Source: Patescibacteria group bacterium (GTDB taxonomy: Bacteria; Patescibacteriota; Minisyncoccia; Phycocordibacterales; Phycocordibacteraceae). From it: DNA of 64,000 bases. A program made the translations under genes and the position numbers. A model generated the notes under the pieces. The model was not told the DNA's origin. It worked only from the letters and a program-made list of their open reading frames with translations, and searched no databases. Position 1 is the first letter of the stretch. The number at the start of each line of letters is the position of its first letter. The stretch covers positions 99,399 to 163,398 of the forward strand of contig JACDGK010000002.1 in assembly GCA_013815345.1 (NCBI GenBank), given 5' to 3'. Positions 21,411-30,166 of this stretch are shown piece by piece.

Positions 21411-22155
21411 AGTGGCTTTCGTGCGGATCAACGATAGCCAACTTTATAAAGAAAAGCGTAAGCATGGCAAACACCAACGCTTGAACGATGCCAATAAACA
21501 TCTCAAAGCCTATCAACGGAGCCGGCAGAAGATACGGGAGGAAATACCCCGCAACCATAATGAGAATTTCTCCGGCGAAAATATTTCCGAAGAGACGGAA
21601 TGAGAACGAGATGATGCGGCCCAAGTTGCTGATGATCTCGATGAGACCAACTGCAAACCCCACGGGTGACCTAAGATTAACAAATTTAGACGCGTACTTC
21701 AATCCGCCGAGCGTTGCGATTCCCGTGATTTCGATCGTGAAGAAAGAAATGAAGGCCAGCGCAAGGGTGAGATTCAGGTCGGCTGCAGGGGCGCGAAGAA
21801 AAGGAGTAAGAACACCTCCCTCAAAAATACCTATTGACCCAACGCCTGGAAAAAATTCAAGTTCATTCGCGACCAATACAAAAAGAAATATGGTTGCGAG
21901 AAGTGGAAAAAAGCGCTTTGCAAGCTTGTCGCTTTCAAGGGTTTCCGAAATGTACCCAAACGCGCCTTCAAAAAGCCATTCGAAAGCCGCTTGAAGCTTT
22001 CCTGGAATCATCTTGAGATTACGCCCAAAGAAGAACGCAAAAATAATGAGCAGTGCCGTTACAATCCACGTCATCAAAAGACTGTTGGTAACTACGAAAC
22101 CAAAAATATGTCCAATCGTTTCAGCCTTTAGACTTACATGAATGCCGCTGTTCAT
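21409..22155 (-). CDS. atpB: ATP synthase a subunit
   Basis: SFSFRLFGNIFAGE, QALVF. Confidence 0.97.
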   Translation of the reverse strand: MNSGIHVSLKAETIGHIFGFVVTNSLLMTWIVTALLIIFAFFFGRNLKMIPGKLQAAFEWLFEGAFGYISETLESDKLAKRFFPLLATIFLFVLVANELEFFPGVGSIGIFEGGVLTPFLRAPAADLNLTLALAFISFFTIEITGIATLGGLKYASKFVNLRSPVGFAVGLIEIISNLGRIISFSFRLFGNIFAGEILIMVAGYFLPYLLPAPLIGFEMFIGIVQALVFAMLTLFFIKLAIVDPHESH

Positions 22156-22253
22156 ACATAAAAAAGACCCTGTTGGGTCGCATTCCCTTTCATTCTCTTT
22201 ATGTTAACAGAAATGACGTGGTTCACAAAACGAGATTTTAGCTGTGGAAAAAG

Positions 22254-22278
22254 AAAAACCGCGGCGCAAGCGCCGCGG
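22254..22278 (-). terminator. Intrinsic terminator after pyrF
   Basis: CCGCGGCGC/GCGCCGCGG inverted repeat followed by a minus-strand T-tract. Confidence 0.8.
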
Positions 22279-22307
22279 CATAATGCACTCAAGAACGTGA
22301 ACCTCTC

Positions 22308-23057
22308 TCACGAAGCACGACAAGCTTCGAGAATTTCAGCATACGCTCGCTCTGCCGCAAGACGAGGGTTTGAAGCCTGAACGATCGGACGTCCCATTAC
22401 GATGCCGTTCGCCCCGCATTTGATCGCCCGCCAGGGAGTCATGACACGTTCGGGATTCTGATCGTCTCCGACGACTTGCACGTCATCAAAGCGTACCCCA
22501 GGGGTAAAGATCAGAAAATCTTCTCCCATCTGCGCGCGCACCATTACCGCTTCCGCCGGAGAACAGATCACACCATCCAGACCTGCGACTTGTGAAAGCC
22601 GCGCAAGTCGAAGGACGGTGTCGGGAACCCGGAGAGCCACATTAAAAAGACCTTCCAGATCCTTGTCTGTGAAAGAAGTCAGGACGGTAACACCCAGCAC
22701 CTTTGTTTCCGGCAGCATACCCTTAAGCCTTCGCATCCCTTCAAAATACGAAAACGCCATGGTGGTGAGAAATTCAGGCTTGGATTCTCGCAGGAAAGCG
22801 CCATCGGTTTCCATAGTTTCGGGAATATCAATGAGTTTGAGGTCGACGAAGGTCGCAAGTCCACGGCTGTGCACCTCGTCAAGAAGCTCATATCCGCAGG
22901 CTCTCAGAGCCGAGTTCATCTTGAGGACAAATCCCGTTCCCTTGAGCTGACCGGCCAAACGCAAGACCTTTTGTCGTACACCTGCTCGACCGGACTCTTC
23001 GTCAGGTTTGAAGTCAGCAGCAATAACGAGTCGCTGCTGCGGTGTTAGATTGATCAT
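22308..23057 (-). CDS. pyrF: Orotidine-5'-phosphate decarboxylase
   Basis: DLKLIDIPET catalytic motif, VTVLTS, TPGVR, DDQ, VMGRPI. Confidence 0.95.
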   Translation of the reverse strand: MINLTPQQRLVIAADFKPDEESGRAGVRQKVLRLAGQLKGTGFVLKMNSALRACGYELLDEVHSRGLATFVDLKLIDIPETMETDGAFLRESKPEFLTTMAFSYFEGMRRLKGMLPETKVLGVTVLTSFTDKDLEGLFNVALRVPDTVLRLARLSQVAGLDGVICSPAEAVMVRAQMGEDFLIFTPGVRFDDVQVVGDDQNPERVMTPWRAIKCGANGIVMGRPIVQASNPRLAAERAYAEILEACRAS

Positions 23058-23081
23058 TTCAATTTCCTTCCTTTGGTGGGT

Positions 23082-23750
23082 TTAGTAGGGTGCGTTGAGG
23101 CGAGCCCAGTTATCTTTGGCTGGAATCGCTTCGGAGCTCGCAGGACAGAGCGGACATTCTTCTTTCGTCCACATGAGCATGGGACGATCGATGAGAGCGA
23201 CGATTTTTCTGCCGCTTACTTCCGTAAGGCCAGACCTGTTTACGAGAACAAGCACGAATGCTTGAGCGAACCCACGCGCCTCGATCACCGCCCTAGCCGT
23301 AAGGTCGACGCTGCTGCCCGTGCTAAGAACGTCTTCCCCAAGCAAAACCGACCGATGAAAGAGTAAGTCGAGGTCGTCGTCACTGAAGACCATCGACCTT
23401 TCACCTGCCTGATCGCTTTTTGCAGGAGACGCCCAGAAGCATTCACGCCCAGTTCTGGCTGCCACATGCTTGCTCATCAATTCGGCGAGTTTAGTCGCGC
23501 CCGTCTGAGGCCCGACCACGGCCTGAACTTTTGAAATCTCCCCGCCGCACTGGCCGAAGATCTCCAGAAGATCTGAAGTAGCTTCTTGCAGCAAAACTTC
23601 ATCAGGAATCACTAGACCGCTATTAAAGAAGCCATTGGAGTGTTTGCCAGAGGTGAGAAGGGCGTGTGGACGCTTCGGGTTTCCGTCATGGATCCAAAGC
23701 GCATTTTTTCGCTGGTATTGATCGATCCAGTAACTAGAATCACGTGCCAT
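23082..23750 (-). CDS. pyrE: Orotate phosphoribosyltransferase
   Basis: LLTSGKHS and PRPP-binding EDVLSTGSS; adjacent to pyrF. Confidence 0.85.
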   Translation of the reverse strand: MARDSSYWIDQYQRKNALWIHDGNPKRPHALLTSGKHSNGFFNSGLVIPDEVLLQEATSDLLEIFGQCGGEISKVQAVVGPQTGATKLAELMSKHVAARTGRECFWASPAKSDQAGERSMVFSDDDLDLLFHRSVLLGEDVLSTGSSVDLTARAVIEARGFAQAFVLVLVNRSGLTEVSGRKIVALIDRPMLMWTKEECPLCPASSEAIPAKDNWARLNAPY

Positions 23751-23862
23751 AAAGAGTATCCTTGTGTTGGTATGGAAAGGTACGAAGAAAGCCGGACTAT
23801 CCGGTCTCTTTCTTTCATTACTCTAGCCCTCTGACCTCAAAAAGCAACCTGCATCGATTTTG

Positions 23863-23938
23863 TGGTGGACCATGCCGGACTTGAACCGGCCACCTCATCC
23901 ATGCCATGGATGCGCTCTACCAGATGAGCTAATGGCCC
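23863..23938 (-). tRNA. tRNA-Ala(GGC), CCA encoded
   Basis: Cloverleaf GGGCCAT...ATGGTCC-A-CCA, G3:U70 pair, anticodon GGC. Confidence 0.96.
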
Positions 23939-23962
23939 TCGTAATGTAATACTACTCCACGA

Positions 23963-24430
23963 TTACTGCTTTCTCTTCAGTGACTCAAGCTCGTTCAAAA
24001 TGCGACGCATGTCCTCCGTGAGCCGATCAATGCTGGTGGCATGGTCTTTGTGGAATTTCTCTTCCTCCGCATCTTCCTCGGAGAGTTCATCAATATCTTC
24101 ACTAATCTCTTCAATATCTTCTTGAATCTCATCCACATCCTCACCGAGCTCTTCCACATCTTCCTGAATCTCATCAATGTCTTCCTCCACTTCTTGGAGG
24201 CTGCGAGTGTTTCTATTCACACTAAACTGAATAAAGATCGCCAGATAGATAGCCTCCAGCGAAACGATCGTATTCCACACGAGTAATACGTAGTCGCGTG
24301 GAAATGGGCCCGCGACAGTAAGAATAAGGAATCCTAAAAATAGAATACTGTGGAAAATGATCGAGGGGACCGAACCGATCCACGCGATAAATACTTCGAT
24401 GCCATTTGGTTTTTTAGGAGATTTCACCAT
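23963..24430 (-). CDS. DUF1003-like membrane protein with an acidic coiled-coil tail
   Basis: WIGS..., VSLEAIYLAIFIQ and a heptad EDIDEIQ repeat. Start ATG 24430. Confidence 0.78.
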   Translation of the reverse strand: MVKSPKKPNGIEVFIAWIGSVPSIIFHSILFLGFLILTVAGPFPRDYVLLVWNTIVSLEAIYLAIFIQFSVNRNTRSLQEVEEDIDEIQEDVEELGEDVDEIQEDIEEISEDIDELSEEDAEEEKFHKDHATSIDRLTEDMRRILNELESLKRKQ

Positions 24431-24514
24431 ATATATCAAAATTAGCACCGATAGCTCATGCGGTCTATCTATATATGCATTCCCACGCTTTTGCGGTAAG
24501 GTAAAGGTACCCAT

Positions 24515-25588
24515 ATGCCGGTGAATAACCCGTCTAAATACCCTCTTCGCGTCAACGCGCCACGCAAAGGTATTCAATTCTCGTATCTTCGTGCGGGTGC
24601 ACTTCTTGGGATCATTGCAATTTCGGGACTTTTTCTCTTGCCGCAAGTCATTACGCTTGAAGTTATTAACGAGCAAACTCAAACGACGACGACACAACCT
24701 GCAGTAGTGACTACCGCAGTCGCAAATTCCTTTCCTATTTCGGTAAATCCAGCGACCAAAAGCATTGTGGATAATCCACAAGCTGATGCTTTTTTCAAAG
24801 CAAACCGCACCCCTCTTACCGCTGCTGTCGGGAATGTTGGCGATCTTTTTAGCTGGATCGCTTCATTAATTGATAATACGGCTCTCTATCAGTCACTTGC
24901 CGGCGCGGATGGCCACCTTATTAGCGTCAGACCGGGATATCGAAAAGAGGAAGTCCTTTCACAACTCACGAATGCACTGCACTGGACAAAAATACAGCAG
25001 CAACAATTTAGTGCGGCTGTTGCATCAGAAAATTCAGGCATACCCGACGGTATTTTTGCGCCGGGTAACTATGTGGTAGATACGAGTATGACGCCGGCAA
25101 GTGTTGCTGCTCTTATGAACGTGAAGTTTGGTCAGACCATTCTTTCTCACTACAGCACTACAACAGCATCCACCGTGCCTCTCTCCGACGCCCTTACCGT
25201 CGCCTCCATGCTCGAGCGTGAAGCGAGCGGCTCGAGCGACATACGGATCATTTCCGGTATCATCTGGAATCGACTTTTCAATAACATGAATCTTCAGATC
25301 GATGCGACGCTTCAGTATGCAAAAGGTGAAAATCGAAGCGGTAACTGGTGGCAAAAAGTAGTCCCAGCCGATAAGTTTATAAAGTCTCCATACAACACTT
25401 ACGCACACGCAGGACTTCCTCCTGGTCCGATAGCGAATCCTTCAGTCGCTTCAGTACTAGCGGCACTTAATCCGGTCCCGACCTCTTGTCTGTATTACTT
25501 CCATGATGCACGAGGAGTTTTCCATTGTTCGAAGACGTACGCGCAACACGTGGCGCTTCTGAAGAAATATTACGGCCAAGGCAAATAG
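24515..25588 (+). CDS. mltG: Endolytic transglycosylase MltG
   Basis: ASMLEREA, LQIDAT, SPYNTY..GLPPGPIANP. Confidence 0.92.
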   Translation: MPVNNPSKYPLRVNAPRKGIQFSYLRAGALLGIIAISGLFLLPQVITLEVINEQTQTTTTQPAVVTTAVANSFPISVNPATKSIVDNPQADAFFKANRTPLTAAVGNVGDLFSWIASLIDNTALYQSLAGADGHLISVRPGYRKEEVLSQLTNALHWTKIQQQQFSAAVASENSGIPDGIFAPGNYVVDTSMTPASVAALMNVKFGQTILSHYSTTTASTVPLSDALTVASMLEREASGSSDIRIISGIIWNRLFNNMNLQIDATLQYAKGENRSGNWWQKVVPADKFIKSPYNTYAHAGLPPGPIANPSVASVLAALNPVPTSCLYYFHDARGVFHCSKTYAQHVALLKKYYGQGK

Positions 25589-25613
25589 TTTTTAATATAA
25601 AAAGATAAAAAGG

Positions 25614-25647
25614 AACCCCGCGTTCCTTAAGAAAGGCGCGGGATTCG
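25614..25647. terminator. Hairpin between converging mltG and the DHH-like gene
   Basis: CCCGCG/CGCGGG stem with a flanking A-rich run. Confidence 0.55.
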
Positions 25648-25663
25648 AGGTTGTAAGTAGACC

Positions 25664-26629
25664 TTAGCTGGGACGAATCCATCTTCCCAGACCTGTTCTC
25701 ACTGCGGTGAGAATTTCGTGAGGCTCGAGCAGAGTGAATTCGTGGGGCTCCAGATCGTGACTGCGGCTGCCGCACACAATGAGCTTGCCGCTGTCGTGAA
25801 AGAACCATCCCGGAATCGAAGGAATGGTGTGGAGCTCACGGGCTTCTGAGCCCGTAATGACCGCTGCCCTCTTTTCCGCTTCTGCCATGCGTATTGCGTG
25901 CATGACATCGCCGAGGTAGAGATTTGTGCGCCGATTCACTTGAATGCCGACGTAGAACTTGCCATCGTCATGCTTTTGCGTCCACACGACGACATCGGCT
26001 CCTCTTTCAAAAGCTTCTTCCCGTAGATTGGGTTTCTGCAAGATGATAGCGAGCTGAAGCCCGTTTTTAAGGTGCTGGATGCGCCCGTCGTACTGAAATA
26101 GTTTCTTGGCCCTGGCGCGCATTTTGCCCTGACTATAGATGACGTTCAAGACCTCGAACACTCGGTCGGCGGCGGCCTCCCAATCCACCTCGCGAGATTT
26201 GCAATCCGTAAGGTGATACGGCAAGCCCTTAAAGTAATAGTGGATATCGGTCCTCGAGATGCGCTCCACATTATCCGTGGCTCGCGTCAGTTCGAGAATG
26301 TCGACGATACCTGGATCCCTAGCGAATCCATATTTTTCCGCCATCAGCTGAAAACTTGACGCCCTTTCGAGCATCTTTCCATGCTGGTCGCAGTCTCCGC
26401 CACCGGTGTCCATATAGAGGACCCGATAGCCGTCGGTGTATTCCGGATCAAGTCTTTCCCCCGAGGGAACGAACATTATTTCCGAGACGGCGTCCTTGCT
26501 CACGAACCGAAGTGCCGCCCAAAGACAAGCCCAGGCGTCGGTGTCAGGATATTGGTGAATGACGAATTTCCACGGAAGTACCGTGGGAAGTGATTCAGTC
26601 GTTTGCGTTTGTAGTGCTTGATTCCCCAC
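25664..26629 (-). CDS. DHH/MYG1-superfamily-like phosphoesterase (divergent)
   Basis: HQYPDTDAW and DTGGGDCDQH resemble DHH motifs; GTG start after an AAGGAG SD. Confidence 0.55.
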   Translation of the reverse strand: MGNQALQTQTTESLPTVLPWKFVIHQYPDTDAWACLWAALRFVSKDAVSEIMFVPSGERLDPEYTDGYRVLYMDTGGGDCDQHGKMLERASSFQLMAEKYGFARDPGIVDILELTRATDNVERISRTDIHYYFKGLPYHLTDCKSREVDWEAAADRVFEVLNVIYSQGKMRARAKKLFQYDGRIQHLKNGLQLAIILQKPNLREEAFERGADVVVWTQKHDDGKFYVGIQVNRRTNLYLGDVMHAIRMAEAEKRAAVITGSEARELHTIPSIPGWFFHDSGKLIVCGSRSHDLEPHEFTLLEPHEILTAVRTGLGRWIRPS

Positions 26630-26720
26630 AGGAATCTCCTTTTTTATAGTGCATGCCTGGCAATGGCCCTAAAGAACTGCCAGCTATTTTATATAATAAA
26701 TTAAACTAAAAGTCAAATTG

Positions 26721-26793
26721 TGGACCCTAGGAGATTCGAACTCCTGACCCCCTCATTGCAAATGAGGTGCTCTACCAGCTGAGCTAAGGGCCC
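26721..26793 (-). tRNA. tRNA-Ala(TGC), CCA not encoded
   Basis: GGGCCCT...AGGGTCC-A followed by CAA; anticodon TGC; canonical TTCGA loop. Confidence 0.96.
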
Positions 26794-26899
26794 ATTGTGA
26801 TTGCGTAAATCTGCAATGGGAAAATATCTACAAATCGGTTTGTAAGTCGGCAACTCACGTCCGTGCGATACGAACCAACGTCAGAAACTATACCATATC

Positions 26900-27235
26900 T
26901 TATTTTCTCGTTAAAGCGTCGACCTTTGCCGCTAGAATAAAGTCGTTCTCAGAAAGTCCGTGTATGGCGTGGGTGGTGAGATCTACTTCAACCTTGCCCC
27001 AGGATACCGTCAGATCAGGATGATGGCCTTCGGATTCTGCCACTTCACCTATCTGATTTGCGAATTGTAGAGCACTTTTAAAGTCAGGAAATGAATACTT
27101 TTTTGAAAGACACGTGGCTGTAGTATCTATGTTCCATCCATTCACTTGCGAAAGATATTCCTCTGCCTGCGTTTTTGTAAGTGCTGCAGTGCCTCCCTCG
27201 CAGGGTATGCATTTCTTTTCAAGAAGAGTGTCCAT
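26900..27235 (-). CDS. phhB: Pterin-4-alpha-carbinolamine dehydratase
   Basis: CIPCEGG, EGHHPD, THAIHGLSENDFILAAK. Confidence 0.93.
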   Translation of the reverse strand: MDTLLEKKCIPCEGGTAALTKTQAEEYLSQVNGWNIDTTATCLSKKYSFPDFKSALQFANQIGEVAESEGHHPDLTVSWGKVEVDLTTHAIHGLSENDFILAAKVDALTRK

Positions 27236-27249
27236 TCCTCTATTCTACC

Positions 27250-28212
27250 CTACTTATTCATCGCCAGATCCACTATATGCGAGAGGAAATCTGGAAACGG
27301 AATGCCAACTGCTTGAAGCGACTTCGGAAGCAGTGATTCTTTGGTAAGTCCGGGTAAGGTATTTGTCTCCAGATAATACGTGCCGCGGGGAGTCACCATG
27401 AAGTCTGAGCGTGAATAGTGACGCAGTCCGAGAGCTTCGTGCATAATGCGCGCGTTTTGTGAAAGTTCGTCGGCTATTTTTTTTGAAAAACGGCCGGGGC
27501 AGATTTCATTTGTAGTGCCGTTATATTTTGATTCATACGAAAAATAATCATTGGGTGGAGGTACAATCTCGATCGATGGAAGCGTGTAGAGAGACTCGCC
27601 TCGCAGATTTTCTACGACAGCCGTTGTCGCTTCAGTACCTCGTATAAATTCCTCCACTAACACACCGCCACTCTCCGCAAGAAGATCGCTAATCGCATGG
27701 TAGACTGGCGCATACCCACCTACAATAGAAATTCCAACCGAGGAACCCCAATTCACCGGCTTCACAATAACCGGCTGATGAAATGTGCGGATGATCTCGT
27801 AGGTTGCGGCATCAACATCATTTCCCTGCTCAATAAAACGATAGTTGGGTGTTCTCAATCCTAACTCCTTTGCTTTTTCTTTTGACCACACCTTATGCAT
27901 TGCGAAATGAGACGCGAGCGAGTTTGAACCGGTATACGGAATATTAAAACGTTCCAAAAGACGCTGGACTTCTCCGTCTTCGCCGTATTCACCATGCAGC
28001 GCAATCACGACTACATCAAGCGCACGTAAAATATCGGCAGGAGTGGATACTTTGCCACGTTCATACCACTGACCTTGCTTGTCTATATAAATATCACGTA
28101 CGGTAAAGCGTTCTCGAGAAAGATTTGAGATAACCGCATGACCGGTCATGAGAGAAATCTCATGTTCTCTCGAAGGACCTCCTCGCAGTACACCGACAAC
28201 CGTGCCGTTCAT
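27250..28212 (-). CDS. ddl: D-alanine--D-alanine ligase
   Basis: GGPSREHEIS, LHGEYGEDG, GSSVG, FSYESKY, ETNTLPG. Start 28212 follows TATACT. Confidence 0.93.
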   Translation of the reverse strand: MNGTVVGVLRGGPSREHEISLMTGHAVISNLSRERFTVRDIYIDKQGQWYERGKVSTPADILRALDVVVIALHGEYGEDGEVQRLLERFNIPYTGSNSLASHFAMHKVWSKEKAKELGLRTPNYRFIEQGNDVDAATYEIIRTFHQPVIVKPVNWGSSVGISIVGGYAPVYHAISDLLAESGGVLVEEFIRGTEATTAVVENLRGESLYTLPSIEIVPPPNDYFSYESKYNGTTNEICPGRFSKKIADELSQNARIMHEALGLRHYSRSDFMVTPRGTYYLETNTLPGLTKESLLPKSLQAVGIPFPDFLSHIVDLAMNK

Positions 28213-28240
28213 TATGAAAAGTATAACAGACAAGATGTGG

Positions 28241-28277
28241 AAAGGGCCGGAAACTTGAAGAAAGTTTCCGGCCCTTT
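28241..28277. terminator. 16-bp perfect hairpin
   Basis: AAAGGGCCGGAAACTT/AAGTTTCCGGCCCTTT. Confidence 0.8.
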
Positions 28278-28432
28278 TGGCGTTGTCGGCCAGTTCAGGG
28301 TGTCGTGAGACGACACCCGGTGGTACATCGAATTCTGAAAATTTGCGTTCTCCTTGTTACGGCGTCTTTTGACATGCGGAGCATCAAGTGCCCGACAGGC
28401 GCTGATCAGAAAACCAGTTGCGACGCCCGTAC
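28241..28432 (-). ncRNA. Candidate structured non-coding RNA or leader
   Basis: Upstream TTGACA-17-AATGAT, complementary ends, internal hairpins, terminal hairpin, no convincing ORF. Confidence 0.5.
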
Positions 28433-28463
28433 AAATATATCATTACATATACTCAAATATTTG

Positions 28464-29774
28464 TCAAGTACCCGTGCGCATTCCCTTGTTGCGAGCGGCG
28501 CGGTGCTTGGCGAGGGAAAATCGATGGGCCTCGGAATTTGCTAGCACAGCATCAGCTTCGCTAATGCTGGCCCGTATAGCGCCGAGCACTTCCCGCGGGC
28601 GATGTTTCTCATCTTTTACAACCGCTACCACCGGAATACTGACCCCTACCTCCAGAAGCACGCTTTCTGCGGCCTTTTTATGAGTCTTCCCTCCGTCGAT
28701 CACAAACGCGCGCGGAAGTGGCCACTCAGGATGTCCCAGCCGACGTGAAAGAATTTCTTTAAGTGACGTGATGTCGTCGTTCATGCGTTTTGATTCGCGA
28801 GAGGTGGCGGTCAAAGAAGATTTTTTTGATATTCCAGTGCCCTTCTGCATCAATCCTCGTATGCGAAATGTTCGATAGTCCTGCTTTACCGGCACGCCAT
28901 TTTCAACAACCGTCATCACGCCAATTGCATTGCTTCCAGAAATATGTGCCGTGTCATACGCCTCAATACGAGGAGCAGCTACACCCTTATGTCGTTCTTC
29001 TTTTATTAGTGACACGTCTTGCACGTGATCAAGAGCAAAAAGTTGACCGCGGATCTCTGATGCTTCTTCGAATCGCTCTTCTCTCGCCGCCTGCTTCATT
29101 TCTCGAGTCAGAGTTGCGCGGAGCATTTTGACACGTCCTGAGAGAAAAAGGGACACGTTGCGAATAGAGCGAAGATATTCCTTTCGATCCATGTTTCGCG
29201 GATACTGTCCGATCTGCTGATTAAACTCGACACGCGCTTGCTGATGCTTTCCCAGAAAGCCGATCGGCTTATCAGTATCATAAAAAGGAAAAATGCGACG
29301 AATGAGTCGGAGGGCCTCACGGAGCTGATACCCAGAAGGAAAAGGGCCGTGAGCCACTTGAATTTTTTGACCGTTTGCCACACAAGCCTCAAAGTCGATA
29401 TCTTTGCCCCGTACCGCAAGCACCCGAGGAATCTCTTCGTCGGTGATAACGGCATATAAAAAAGTCTTGTCATCTTTGCCTTCTGCGTTTGCGGATGGTG
29501 TGTAGTGTCGAATAAGTGCCGCCTCGCGCACCAGTGCCTCAAGAACGGTCGGCGTGGTCTCATGCGTAATTCCTTCCGCTTTTGTCACCATATCGACTAT
29601 TCGCGGACCGCGAGTAGCAATCAGGTCATCATCGAAATACGAACGGACACGATCTCGCAGAGACGTCGCCTTCCCTACATACAACACTTTCTTGCTTCTG
29701 CCTTTGCCTTGGGTAAAAAGGTACACACCAGGATAGTCCGGTAAATCAAAAGCGACTAATTGCGCGCGTTCCAT
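28464..29774 (-). CDS. uvrC: UvrC-like excinuclease (short form)
   Basis: GVYLF...YVGKA GIY-YIG domain, UVR (FEEA) motif, RIEAYDTAH and IDGG. Confidence 0.88.
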   Translation of the reverse strand: MERAQLVAFDLPDYPGVYLFTQGKGRSKKVLYVGKATSLRDRVRSYFDDDLIATRGPRIVDMVTKAEGITHETTPTVLEALVREAALIRHYTPSANAEGKDDKTFLYAVITDEEIPRVLAVRGKDIDFEACVANGQKIQVAHGPFPSGYQLREALRLIRRIFPFYDTDKPIGFLGKHQQARVEFNQQIGQYPRNMDRKEYLRSIRNVSLFLSGRVKMLRATLTREMKQAAREERFEEASEIRGQLFALDHVQDVSLIKEERHKGVAAPRIEAYDTAHISGSNAIGVMTVVENGVPVKQDYRTFRIRGLMQKGTGISKKSSLTATSRESKRMNDDITSLKEILSRRLGHPEWPLPRAFVIDGGKTHKKAAESVLLEVGVSIPVVAVVKDEKHRPREVLGAIRASISEADAVLANSEAHRFSLAKHRAARNKGMRTGT

Positions 29775-29844
29775 AAAGTTTGACTATGAGAATCCTTATT
29801 ATATAGTCTGAAATAGGTTCCGTACAAATGTAAAGGAGGAGGCT

Positions 29845-30135
29845 ATGACCTTCATAAAGATAGTGATGCTTGTCATATTGCTTGCGTTTCAATTTCTGGT
29901 TCCTTTTGCTCTTATGACGCTGTATGCATTCACTTCTCCGTGGCCAAGAGTTCGAGGAATGCGACTTTTCAGATTATTTGGATTTCTAGTTCTCTTTCAA
30001 TCAATTATTGGAGTTCCAATTTGGTATTGGACTACAAAAACAGGCCATTCAACACCCATGAGTGTCATTGCATTGCTGGTATTTGGCATTTTTGGGGCCA
30101 TCCTGGGATGGTATTTCGGTAAACCAAGGGCCTAA
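29845..30135 (+). CDS. Small 3-TM hypothetical protein
   Basis: Strong SD AAGGAGGAGG, hydrophobic helices, own terminator. Confidence 0.7.
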   Translation: MTFIKIVMLVILLAFQFLVPFALMTLYAFTSPWPRVRGMRLFRLFGFLVLFQSIIGVPIWYWTTKTGHSTPMSVIALLVFGIFGAILGWYFGKPRA

Positions 30136-30138
30136 GCG

Positions 30139-30166
30139 AAGGCCGTCTTCTGAGACGGCCTTTTTT
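30139..30166. terminator. Intrinsic terminator between converging genes
   Basis: AAGGCCGTCT/AGACGGCCTT followed by a T-tract. Confidence 0.8.

Noticed and set aside
24080-24190. 21-bp periodic repeats that might suggest a CRISPR array or VNTR
   Set aside because: They encode the acidic heptad coiled coil of the DUF1003-like protein; no repeat-spacer structure.
23963-24781. 272-aa version of the DUF1003-like ORF
   Set aside because: The extension overlaps mltG on the opposite strand; ATG 24430 is the plausible start.
26794-26895. Small hairpins in the tRNA-Ala(TGC) leader
   Set aside because: Short and AT-rich; consistent with an ordinary leader after an extended -10, with no recognisable RNA motif.
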